From Octopus sinensis (Eukaryota), in contig NC_042997.1 in NCBI RefSeq assembly GCF_006345805.1, positions 13,330,001-13,394,000 of the forward strand: a DNA stretch of 64,000 nucleotides, written 5' to 3'. Made by a program: the position numbers and the translations under genes. Shown in pieces: positions 52,163 to 64,000 of this stretch (position 1 is the first letter of the stretch; each line of letters starts with the position of its first letter). Below the pieces are notes generated by a model. It saw nothing but the letters and a program-made list of their open reading frames with translations. It did no database searches and was not told the DNA's origin.

Positions 52163-52812
52163 TGTGTGTAAAGCAGACAATTTACTTCACCGACATGCCT
52201 GATCACAAATTTTTCTTCCCATCTACACCATTCCATTTCGTTCTTTTACCATATTTCCAACGTATCAGCCTAATAGGCTTTGATTGGTTTGTTTGTTTCT
52301 TTACCTTGCCCCCGTATTGTAGATTTTGCACCGTATATGATAGTTGCTCATATGATCACTCCAGTTTATTCCTTCTTATCTGAATTGTTACCCTCTCATG
52401 GACTCATACTCTTAAGAACTACATAAGCCACTTCGGAACTGAACGTTGATTAGTACCTTCTCGGATTTTACTGTGTACTCATCTTGATTTGTATAACACC
52501 AACCTGCAGTGACGTCTCTAAGTTTTCTATCCTTCTATACCTTCCGTCTCACCTTCTATCCCGCCCTAATCCTCCAATCGACTCAAGACTTTACCTCACT
52601 TCATTTCTTTGCCACTTTTCCTTTTCCGCTCTTTTCTCTCATTCTTCATCCTTTCTTCTGGAAGAAGAGTGAATACACGAAACGTGAAGGAAATTTCCTT
52701 CTCCCCAGCCCACTATTTCCTGAGTGTCAACTGGAAACACGTTTTGACAGGGAGGGATATTTTTTTACCTTGTCCTTATCTTGTGCTTTTACTCTGTAAA
52801 GACACACATACA

Positions 52813-53034
52813 TACGAGTGTGTGTTGAAAAGTTCCTGGTTTTGGGTAAAAAAAAAATACAGGAGGATCATTTAACTATGATTTTATTCTACATAATCCC
52901 CTTTCAGAGTCACACACTTATTGCACCGGTCCATCAGTTTTTCTAAGCCCTGTAAAAGAACTCGGAAATTTGGGCCTCCAACCAGGTTTTTCGCGACACC
53001 CTTAAAGTCAGGAACATCTCAGCATCCCCTCGTA
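52813..53034. mobile_element. Mariner-derived MITE
   Basis: TA|CGAGTGTGTGTTGAAAAGTTCCTGG ... TCAGGAACATCTCAGCATCCCCTCG|TA; imperfect TIRs with TA target duplication. Confidence 0.75.
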
Positions 53035-53931
53035 CACAGAATTACAGATGTATACCCATGCAAGCAAACGTGTCTATAATTACATATAGCAAGTGTGCGT
53101 ATGTGCGTGTATATGTATAATATACATATACACACATACTCATATATATATATATATATACATATGCAAGCATATACACACAAATACACATACACACACG
53201 CACATGTAGAATGTATACACACATATGTCTGTAAAGTGTGCGATGCTTGCTGCTATTCTATATCTGTTACGTTTACCTTCTCTCGTTTGCTGTATCTTTC
53301 TTTTATATTTCTTTTTTCATTTGTCTTCTTTCATTATCTCATCCATCAGCTTCCCTCAAACATTTACAATATCTCTCTTCCTTTCAACTTATTATTCTCT
53401 CTAATCGCTAATTTGCTGACTTTACAGATGTAAATGACTATACTTCAGGGTTTCATAAATACGCCAACAGACTTATTTCAACTAATTAGTTTCATACACT
53501 AAAGGTCACACGGTCAACACAGCATACACAAGAGCTTCCTTGTCCAGTGTTAAAAATACATAAGAATAACACATGCCTTCAGATAAGAGTGACCCTGGTT
53601 GCAAGATTAGTTCGTTGCTAACAATTGGTTTCAAGCACTTGAGAAAACGTAAAGAATGTGAAACCCGGATGTCTCTTCGCCCAACAAGATTTATCAGTTA
53701 TCTACAATACTCGCCAAACATGTTCGAACGAATAGGAATTAATTATATGCAAAGAGTGTAATATCAATCTCATTATGAGTTTCTGTTCTAAAATGAGAGA
53801 TTCACTTAATCATCTAATTGTTATTTTATGACAGAAAATAGTTAATCTATTGATATAAAGATTGCAGAAAACATATATCCTGTAAGCATTAAAGAAAATT
53901 GAAGAAAAATTTGAATGTACAGATTCTGAGA

Positions 53932-54005
53932 CACGTCAACACTGCCCCACTCTTACACTTCAACACTGTTCCGCTCTTACACGTCAACACTGCTCTACAC
54001 TGAAC
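53932..54005. repeat. 24-bp minisatellite (~2.7 copies)
   Basis: ACACGTCAACACTGCCCCACTCTT-like units. Confidence 0.75.
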
Positions 54006-54639
54006 AACTGTCTACCATTGCTTGGATATCTAGCTTCCGATTATAGAACATAATCTGTTATGTAGTGTACTTGCCGATCTCTCTCCCTCTCCCTCACCCT
54101 CTATCAATCTCTCCCTTCCCTTCTCTCTCCTCTCTGTCAGTCTTTTCCACTCTGAATTGACCCAGGAGTATGATTCATCCACTACGCTCTGTCCTTTACA
54201 TTTTTGTTACCGTGATCAAATTCAGCGCCTATTCATGTGACACTACCCTTTATCCTAAGCTTCCACACTCAAGTGTGATCCACATATAATCTAGACATAC
54301 ATGAATGGGAGTCTAGAAAACTGGATTATACTAATCCTGCTTTCTACGAGGAAAAGAAACATTCACTATACATATCGAGAAACCAATATTGCATCTCAAA
54401 GCTTTAAAAGATCGGTCTCATCGTTATTGAGATATTTCCTAACGGATGTATGCCTTCCACACAGCACGGTTTGTGATTCGAAGCTGACTTCCTTTCTTTA
54501 GAGCCAGTAAACATCTCATGCTCAACGTGCTTCCTTTGGACAAATTGCTGGAGACATACTCAATGATGTACAGCTTCCACATTTTGAAGTGTAACACACA
54601 CGGCTTGTTGATATGATGACGCTCGAAAAGTATGAGATA

Positions 54640-55100
54640 CTAAGTTCTGATTCCTGTAGGACAACAGCGCTAGGTTTATTATCTTCTTACATTGTGATCA
54701 TTCTCAAGATTGTTCAGAATTTCGTGTGCTTTTCAGCTGGTATTTGATCTATAGTTTTGGATGTGGAAAAAATGGATGCAAAATCACAGAATTTGCCGAA
54801 TATTCTGTCCCCATCTTTTATTACGAAGATCTGATTCGAAATTAATTCCTTTGTCAAACAATTCTTTTCTTATACGCAGTTTTACTGCAAAATTCCGAGA
54901 CATCTTTCCATATTTCATTTCAATTGGAATTCTGCGGTGTTAGGGATAATATTTAGCCCTTTTGAGAGGGCTTGAATTTGTTGTGTTAAGCGATTTTCAG
55001 AATCATACCGCCAATTTGTGCCATCGAGTTGTCTTCAGTTGTGTCCAACCTCTCTGAGAAGATATTTCCTTGGTTTTTGTTTGAATGAATTGCTGTTCTT
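54640..55100 (-). pseudogene. Heavily decayed PLE N-terminal ORF remnant
   Basis: With frameshifts, the minus strand gives QALS(K)GLNIIP...IWKDVSEF..KLR...NLENDHNV...SAVV, resembling the region preceding PLE RT. Confidence 0.4.
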
Positions 55101-56157
55101 GTAATGGGTTAATTATATATCCACTGAATTATATGCATGAAAACAACCGGGCTCGAAGAAAACAGGAAATAAAAATCAAGTGATTCTACAAAACATTCAG
55201 CGGTTCTTAGCGTCAGAAAAACAAATAACTATCCCAGGTGAACTATCAGAACGTTAGACTCCTGCCGAATAAGTGACTAGAATGTATGAACTGCCGATAC
55301 AGTAAGCCTACAAGAAAGCTAGGCCACAGGCGGAAAAATACATGACATCTTTGAGTAAGTAGCCAATGTGTATTTGAACTGTTGTCTTTAAAAACCTCTG
55401 TGTACGTATATATATAAAACAATATCGTCTTGAAAATAGTTAAGTTCTCTGTTCGAACGATTAAAGTAAATGACCGACAATTCTTCACACAGCAGAGATT
55501 GTGAGAAATAATTTTCCTTATAGTTTAAAGTGAGCATCTAATTGCTAATATAAAATAAATTTCTTACTATGAAATTTATCGAACATTTCTTATTGCTATG
55601 GAATATATTGACCACTTCATTTTTTTTTCTCATGCAATTTTGCTATAAAACCAATTGACATTAGACTTTTGAGGATGTTTTATTGCTATGAAAGATTTTC
55701 AGAGACATTTTCAACTCTAAAACTCTTTTTTCTATGTATTGAATGAACGATGAAAGGTAACGGAATTTCATGTCGACGGCGCTTTTAGATGAATAGATAT
55801 AATAAATATCTTCAACAGTAAAATGTCCTATGCTTCCTTTTTCTGTCATTTGTGAAAGGTCGTTTTCATACATATGTATATCATAAGGCATGATTTAGTT
55901 CAAGGAACTTGGCATCAGCCAGCTGTTATGTCCTCACTGACATTTATTAAGTAATAGGTATGTTTTCTGCTAGCATTTATAATCTCTATTTCATTCCATA
56001 CAGTAACTAGTATTTTAAATCTGAATTTCGAAATATTGATGTAAGTCTAAGTCATTACACTCTATTGTTTCATTTCACACCTCTCCTTTATCTAAAATTC
56101 TTTAACATTCCCATTCATGTTGTCATATTTCGACGGTATCTTTCTTGAGTTGTCCAA

Positions 56158-56345
56158 TCTATTATATAAAATCGTTCTGTGCGTCTGTGTGTGTGTCTTC
56201 TAGGATCTCGGACATCCTCCATCCGATTGCGCTCAAGTTTAATATGTAGATACTGACGATATCAGAGCGTGTATAAATAAGCCTTGAAAAAATTACAAAA
56301 ATCGAGTCCAGGTGAGAATGCGATCGATAAAGTGAATAAAATCGT
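56158..56345 (+). mobile_element. 5' part of a Helitron/HINE-like non-autonomous element
   Basis: A|TCTATTATATAAAA...(TG)n...ATCTCGGACATCCTCCATCCGATTGCGCTCAAGTTT; 3' end not established. Confidence 0.5.
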
Positions 56346-57151
56346 TTTTCTTTGAAATAGAAAAAGAGTCTATGTATATTTCTTCTTTTGCTGGTGTCTC
56401 AAATTTAGGTTAAATCAGTGTTTCTCAAAGGGAAGGCCTATGGGACGGTAGGACTAGTTGTTTTGAGAAAATTTGGTTTAAATTTTTGACAACTCAACAC
56501 CATCCATTGGACGGGGGGCGTTTTGCTCGTTTTGTTTATTGTACTTATTGCTGTTGAAGGAGGTTTAGCTGGTATTTCTGCCAAAATGTGTGACGAAGCT
56601 TAGGCTTGCCCGTTCGATCGTGATTGATGTTCATATTAGTTATAAGGTAGTAAAATAGCAGAACATTAAGAAATTTGTGATGGCCTGTGTCTACATATAG
56701 CAAAACACTGATAGGTCACAAAGAGCAATATGTTTGTTTGCTACGAGGAACAGAAAATATCTGGCATCAGGAACATAGTTCTTAACGCTAGGTCTCCTTT
56801 ATTTACTATGTCAGATTATGTTTTAACAAGGGCTTCTTTCAAATGAGTAACATAGAAACATTGATAGTATACTATGTACAACAACAGTTTTAGCTGAGCA
56901 AAAACATATGCCTAATGCATTATGTATTAAGGGCATTGTTCTGTACTTAATATGTAGATACAAAAATTTCAAACGAGACAGAATATCTCTTCATAAGAGT
57001 CTTTTCGCGTTAAGACAATAGGTAAAATAGTTACTTTTATCTCCTAAATTTTAATGATTGTAATAGGCGAAAGACACAACTAGAAACAGTTATATTATAA
57101 TTATGTTTTTGTGTATGTGTGTATGTACGTGTGCGCGTATGTATGTACGCT

Positions 57152-57232
<81 letters not shown>

Positions 57233-57399
57233 TATATAATATATATATATAGTTGCAATCAAGACATGAAACAAACAATGGTCTTCTTTTAAATTAGTCA
57301 ATTCGCACGTTTCAGGGTCGGGAAATATATAATGGGAAATGCACCTATTACGTAAGTCTTCCATATATATAGTATTACATCCGTTTCTATTTCTGTTCT

Positions 57400-58495
57400 T
57401 CACCTAGCCACGCTTGTTAGTTATGCTGACGATACGATCCAAAGGTCTCTCGGAAAATACAGAGATATTTCGCACCTCAGGTCTCTCAGGCATTTTGGCA
57501 GGATATTGAAGAGTTGTAAGCCCTTGAAACCCAAGATGTTGCAGTATCTGTTTCTGTTTCTGTATAGCGATGTTGGGATCTTCGGCACTATGTAGTGGCG
57601 CCCCGTTCTGCTGTTGGTGTAACTTACAATGCAAAATTCTGGTACAAGTTCTTCCAGGATTTTTCCGGATCTATATCTCTGTATATCTTCCTGGGTACTA
57701 TAAAATACAGTTTAGTGCTGGAAAATTTAAAGCCCTGCGTTTCCATGACCGAAAGCTGAATGAAATGATACACTGGCCCGAGAGGGATTGCAATCACTAA
57801 ATCAAAATTAGTGCGCGATCTAAGCTTTTACGTGAGTAATAATGCATCACTCCAGGTACATACGTATAACTAGGTTGGCAATAAAATGTTGGCGGTTGGC
57901 TAGGTGGATCCTTAGAACATTCTGAGCGAAAGAACAGTAAATCATGCTTAGACTACTGCTCTGAACTATAGTCATCACATACTGTAAAATTAAGGACGGA
58001 ACTCGAAGCAATCGAGAGAAGCTATACTGAGCTGATCGTTTTAATGTGGCGTGTCAGCTTCCAGGGGAGGTTGAAAAAGTTAAGACTCTATTCCCTAGAA
58101 CGAAGACGAGTGAGATATTCAGTTATATACATCTTGAAAAGGTTTGGAAGGACTTGTACCAAACTTTGCATAAATCAAAAGATCTTAACATCGCTATCAA
58201 GAATCAGGAAGAGATACTACAACAGCTTGGGTTTCAAGGACCCACAACCCTTCAATATCTTCCCTAAAAGCCTGAGAGACATTTATGGGTTGGATGCAGG
58301 TTTCATCTCAAGTGTCCCGCATAAACATTCCACGCAGCAGGAAACGCAGATGAAGTCAGCAACATCGCCCACCTCCATTCACACATATCAGGAAAGGTTT
58401 TAAGTCATGGGAGTGTAGCAAAGCTAACGGCGTGGCTCCAACATGGCCGCAGCTCTCGAGCTGTAACTATCAGAAAATGAAAAGATAAAAGGGAT
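57400..58495 (+). mobile_element. Degenerate CR1/L2-type LINE 3' part
   Basis: LVSYADDT, KIQFSAGKFKAL, RLKKLRLYSLERRRVRY, QPFNIFPKSLRD; tail ends ...AAAAGATAAAAG. Confidence 0.85.
57475..57690 (-). mobile_element. Antisense fragment of a related CR1-type LINE nested inside it
   Basis: Reverse complement resembles 58130-58280 (CNILGFKGLQLFNILPKCLRDL). Confidence 0.8.
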
Positions 58496-58944
58496 ATCAA
58501 TTTATATATATACCCACACACATATATGTATATGTACAAACACACACACACACATATATATACATATATATATGTATATCTATATATATGTATGTATATA
58601 CCTAGTATATTCACGCGCGTACACACATATCTGTGCTTGTGTGTGTGTGTGTACGCGCGCGCGTGACTGTGTATGTATGCATGTACACATATGTGGGTGC
58701 TTTTTCATTTGTGTGTATGTGCGTGTTTATCTGTAACTTAGTTTACGGAATAAATATTATATGCAAACCTGATTGTGTGTTCTGAATATAAGAAGACATA
58801 TAATAGATTGAATCTATTTATTTATTTCAATCATCTCTGGCTTATTGCTTCGGGTTTCTGCTACTGCTTGTCGTCTTGACGTGAAATGAAATACCAGAAA
58901 ATCACTCACGTTTATCCCCCTATATGTACATATATATATACATA

Positions 58945-58971
58945 GATAGATATATAGACAGACAGACAGAC

Positions 58972-59038
<67 letters not shown>

Positions 59039-59050
59039 TAGATAGATAGT

Positions 59051-59120
<70 letters not shown>

Positions 59121-59125
59121 TGCAA

Positions 59126-59180
<55 letters not shown>
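58945..59180. repeat. (AGAT/AGAC)n + (CA)n + (TA)n
   Basis: Visible. Confidence 0.95.
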
Positions 59181-59187
<7 letters not shown>

Positions 59188-60074
59188 CTTCATATACATA
59201 TTTCTCCATGTCTAGCCCCTCTCCCCTTGTTCATCTGTGTATATAGATGTGTGTTTGTATGAATATACGCGACTGTCTTTTAAGGCATTGCTAGGTTTAT
59301 TAAATTGTCATAGGTTTCCGTTTGTCTCAGGAGATGATAGAAATATCAAATCTTATTAGTAAAAGTGAATAAGTTCCTATAGTTCAACATTCATTGTGAT
59401 GCAGCTAAAAAAAATCCGCTAAATATATTATAGGTGAAGAAATATGTGTCATATACTTAACATTGTGAAGAACTTTGACATTATTATGGACATAGGGTCA
59501 GTTTCAAGGATACAAAACAAGTAACTACACAACAGAAGTATTACTCTACCCCAAGCAGAGTTCTGATTTGTCATGGGCCAATGAGTTAGGTTCCTGAAAC
59601 ATGAGGTAAGGTCTCTGATGTTCATTCGTTTTCCACGACTGTAAGATGGAGTTCACTCTAGGCCGGCGATTTGACAATGTCATAGGATCATTGGCTAGAA
59701 TGCCACGGAGTGATTGTGCCGAGCGATTGCACTCGGAGCCCAAATCCCTGTGAGGTAAACTTTACTTTTCATAGTTACTAAGTCCAAAAAATATAATAGA
59801 TCAGGGTGGCGTTGCGGAACTAAAGAAAAGTCGGAGATAATCCCTTTCGATTTTCTTTTACCGAAAGCCAAGAACTTTTAAATGCCCCCTCGTAAGCATA
59901 TAGTTTGGTCTGACAGATATGTCTGGTTTTTATAAATTTCACCTATTTCGTTTTTTCTCTTCTGCTTTCCTCTATCCCTCTCCCTTTTCCTCACAATTAG
60001 TTTTGATCTTGACCTCATATAACCTCCTTACTGTCCTCATATTCACTATCCATTAGCATTTATTCTTCCACCGA

Positions 60075-61030
60075 CTTTTAAGTGATCTTTGCTGTGTGAG
60101 GTCGCGCATAGTCTTGATGAAACATCAATCCTTTTCCATTCATTAAAGCGGGTCTTTTTTTCTTCAAAACTTGGTTAAAATGCTCTAATTGGTGACAGTA
60201 GACTTGAGCATTGAATGTTGCATTAAGTGGTAACAATTCAAAGTGAATTACTCCTTTGCAATCCCACCAAATAGGGAGAAGAACCTCTTTCCCTTGAAGT
60301 TCCATTCTCGGTTGTGGTTGAGTTTTTTCCCTTTTACCAAGCCATTGTTTACGACATTTAACATTTCGATAGAAGATCCATTTTTCGTCACCTGTCACAA
60401 GTCTATCCAAAACAGGTGAAATGATTTCGCGAGAATGGAGAGAAGAGTAGATATCAACTCGGGTTTTGTGGTTGGTTTTGGACAATTCATGAGACACCCA
60501 TTTTCCAAGTTTAGGAACCTTTCTAAGTTGTTGAAGATTACGATGAACAGTTGTATAGTTTGAACTAAGCTTTATTGCCAATTCTTCAACTGATAATGCA
60601 GGATTTTCTTCAATTAATGCCTCAAGGAGATTATCATCAATCTCAACTGGACTTCCTGTTCGATCTGCATCTTCAAGGCTGAAATATCTACTTCTGAATT
60701 TTGCAAGCCATCTTCTGCAATTTCTTTCATTCAAGCACTCTTTCCAATAAACTGAGTGTATGTGTTCGAGTCGCTTCATTGCAGAGTTTCCTTTTTTGTA
60801 TTCAGAAAGCATTATGTGCCTTACATGCTCTTTGGATACTTCCATGTTAGAAATGGTTTAAATTAAAGAAATTTTAATTCTATTATTCTGTAAAATAACA
60901 TTTAATTAGTGTAAATGTACACAAATGTATAAAAATAATTTTAATTCCCTTAGACATTCTAAAATACTATTAAATTTCCTCCAATTTTAAAAAAGGTAAA
61001 ATCGGACAGAACTTATGAGATGACCTGATA
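60075..61030 (-). mobile_element. Mariner transposon, 3'-truncated
   Basis: ORF 60078-60845 with HTH region, GKWVSHEL, VTGDEKW, IWWD and HQDYARPH; 5' TIR TA|TCAGGTCATCTCATAAGTTCTGTCCG ends at 61028; third catalytic Asp and second TIR are missing. Confidence 0.95.
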
Positions 61031-61056
61031 TATAAATATATGTACACACATACACA

Positions 61057-61113
<57 letters not shown>

Positions 61114-61829
61114 TTATACATATAACTATATCCAATTTTATACTATACTATAAAACCATAACTGGTTAGGTTATAAATATCTCATATATACATTTGGAGT
61201 CATTTTGGTAAACAGAAGAATTTTAGTGCATTAGCGCGTTGTCTTAGACAATAGACAAGCGATCAGATCACTAGTGCTTATAAGAGTTCCTACAAATACA
61301 TACGAAACCTAGTAACAGATGTGTTGAGGTTAACAATATTAGATTACTAGTAAGAGTTTTATCAGTAGTAATCTGACGGTTCCTTAACGCGTTGAAGAAA
61401 TTAAATGTAATCGGTAGTGCTGTACTCTAGTTTTAACCAAATACCTAGTTCGCCTTTCGTATGTAGTCTTTTTTTCTTTTTAACATTTTCATGCTTTAGA
61501 TCGTAGTTGCCGATGAATAATATACTGAGAGGGAGACACAAGGGAAATAGAAAGTTAGAAATAGAGAGGAATAAGGTATGTTCCTCATAAAAATATTCGT
61601 ATCTGTATCATACTTTACGAGTTACTGAGCGCGATTGCAAGAGAAAGATACGTATGTATGCAAGTTGTACATGCGTGAATATTTCGATACGTGATGTGTG
61701 AATAATAATAATTTCACAGGAATTGATCGATAAATATGTAAAGTGAGAAATTAACAAGATGGTTGGAATATTTCGATAGCAACCTCAAAATGAAAAACAA
61801 AAACGAAAAAATAAAATCTAACCACATAC

Positions 61830-61846
61830 ATATATATATATATATA

Positions 61847-61908
<62 letters not shown>

Positions 61909-61913
61909 ATATA

Positions 61914-61979
<66 letters not shown>

Positions 61980-61999
61980 TGTATATATATATATATATG

Positions 62000-62056
<57 letters not shown>

Positions 62057-62397
62057 CATAGATAGTTAGGTAGATAGATAGATATATGCACTCGCATGGT
62101 AGTACATGTACAAGCCTACGGATGTGCGTATACATTTGTATATGCATATATACAAATGTATACGCATTTGTATATATGCCTATACATAAGCATGCACACA
62201 CACACGCACACACATACACACACACATATGTGCTTGTGCATGTATGCGTAGATTTTGTATGAAAATGTTCTCGATTGTTAATATAACATACAGTCCCAAT
62301 TTCCATTCTTTAGTTCGTTTTTTTTTTTATCTACGGTTATTTGATAATGTATATGTATTGGTGTGTGCACGCGCGCGTGTGTATACATATACATGCG

Positions 62398-62470
<73 letters not shown>

Positions 62471-62700
62471 GTATAATATATATATATAATATATATACTA
62501 TACTATATACTTATATATACACGCACGCACAAGTATAAATACGTACGTGTGTATGCATATGTATATATCTATGCACATATATTTACACACACGCATACAC
62601 ACTCATACACACTCATATATATATATATATATATAATATATATTATATATATATATATTAGATATATATATAATATGTATATTTATATATGTATCATTTT
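61830..62700. repeat. (TA)n/(CA)n compound microsatellite region
   Basis: Visible. Confidence 0.9.
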
Positions 62701-63649
62701 CTCTATAGATTATGTAATTCACTGCCTCATATAGATTGAAGAGGAAATTTCTAATTAAGGAACCGTCTAATTAATTCGGTGACAATGTTTTAATGGCTCC
62801 AAGCAATATCGTTTCTCTTTATAGAGGTGAGTTAAAAATATTCACCCTTTTTCCAATAGTATTGATTTAGATCTCACCAAGAGTTCACTAAGAATGTGTT
62901 AGGCATCGATCAAATCACACCGTTACGCCTGAAACTAAGTTACCGTCCATTCCTTCACACTACTAACACACACACTCACCACCACCACCACCACCACCAC
63001 CACCACCATCACTACCACCGCCACACACATACACACACACATGCATACATAAACATACACATACACATGCATACATACACATACACACACTCACATGTAT
63101 ACATACACATACACACTCACACATGTGTGTACATATATACATATATTGAATATTTATATATATAGCTACGTACATCCATTCATCTCGGATAATCATACAT
63201 ACATATCTGTGTGTGTGTGTGTGTGTCTGTAAATATATACATCTATATATATATATATATATTGCATACATATGCAAATACAACACGTGCATTTTCATTT
63301 ACGGATGCATATATATATAATTCATATATATATATTCGTACACACAAACAGGGATAGAGAAAGAGAAAGATAGTGAGAGAGAGCGAGAGAAACAGACAGA
63401 CAGGTGGAGCCGCAGACTGAGAAGAAAAGATAGGGAGAGAGGGAAAGAAAAGATGAGATAGTGAGAGTGAGCAAAAGTCACACAGAGAAACATATACTAT
63501 TATGTTCGCTATCAATATGAAAAACAAAAGAAAACGAACTGAATTAAGATTTTTCTAATTGTTTAATGTTTTGTTATTCACTGGAACAGCTATATATGTG
63601 TCTATATATTTACGATGCATATATCTATGAACATATGCATGTATGTATG

Positions 63650-63740
63650 AATGTATGTATTTTTGCCAATAGAGAAAGAACCAGTTTCTAACCTAGATCC
63701 AAGACTCCTTCGTTGGAACAGCATCAACAGCAGCGTATGT
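63650..63740 (-). mobile_element. Solo 3'UTR of the REL-type LINE within (GTAT)n
   Basis: AGAGAAAGAACCAGTTTCTAACCTAGATCC, homologous to 32080-32130. Confidence 0.7.
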
Positions 63741-64000
63741 TTGTATGTATGTATATATGTGTGTGTGTATGTATGTATGTATGTATGTATGTATGCATTC
63801 AATGCATGTATGCTGGTATGTATGTATGTATTATGCAAGCATGTTTGTATGTATGTAATGTAAGTATGTATGTATGCATGTAGTATGTATGTATGTATAT
63901 ATGTCTGTATGTATTATGTATGTATGTATGTATGTATGTAAGTATGTATGTAGTCATGTATGCATGTATGTATATATGTATGTATGTATGTATGTAAGTA
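63740..64000. repeat. (GTAT)n degenerate microsatellite
   Basis: Visible. Confidence 0.95.

Overview
AT-rich animal genomic DNA loaded with microsatellites and almost entirely made of transposable-element debris. The repeat families look like those of octopus/cephalopods (recalled, not searched). I could not support any host protein-coding gene; most listed ORFs are translated (TA)n/(CA)n/(CATA)n/(TAA)n tracts. Recognisable elements: several Penelope-like elements (PLEs, RT + GIY-YIG), R4/Dong-type REL LINEs, an RTE 3' end, a CR1/L2-type LINE, a Chapaev-like and two mariner-type DNA transposons, Helitron-like non-autonomous elements, and several families of tRNA-derived SINEs, some as head-to-tail concatemers. 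The most notable signal is a set of five or more unrelated minimal type I hammerhead-ribozyme-like folds. Three have intact palindromic stem III sequences of the dimer-forming kind and two have decayed ones. They sit at PLE 3' ends, in short microsatellite-anchored non-autonomous elements, and in a tRNA-headed SINE. One has a G3:C8 swapped core and lies inside a ~100-bp foldback. All folds were assigned by eye and activity is untested.
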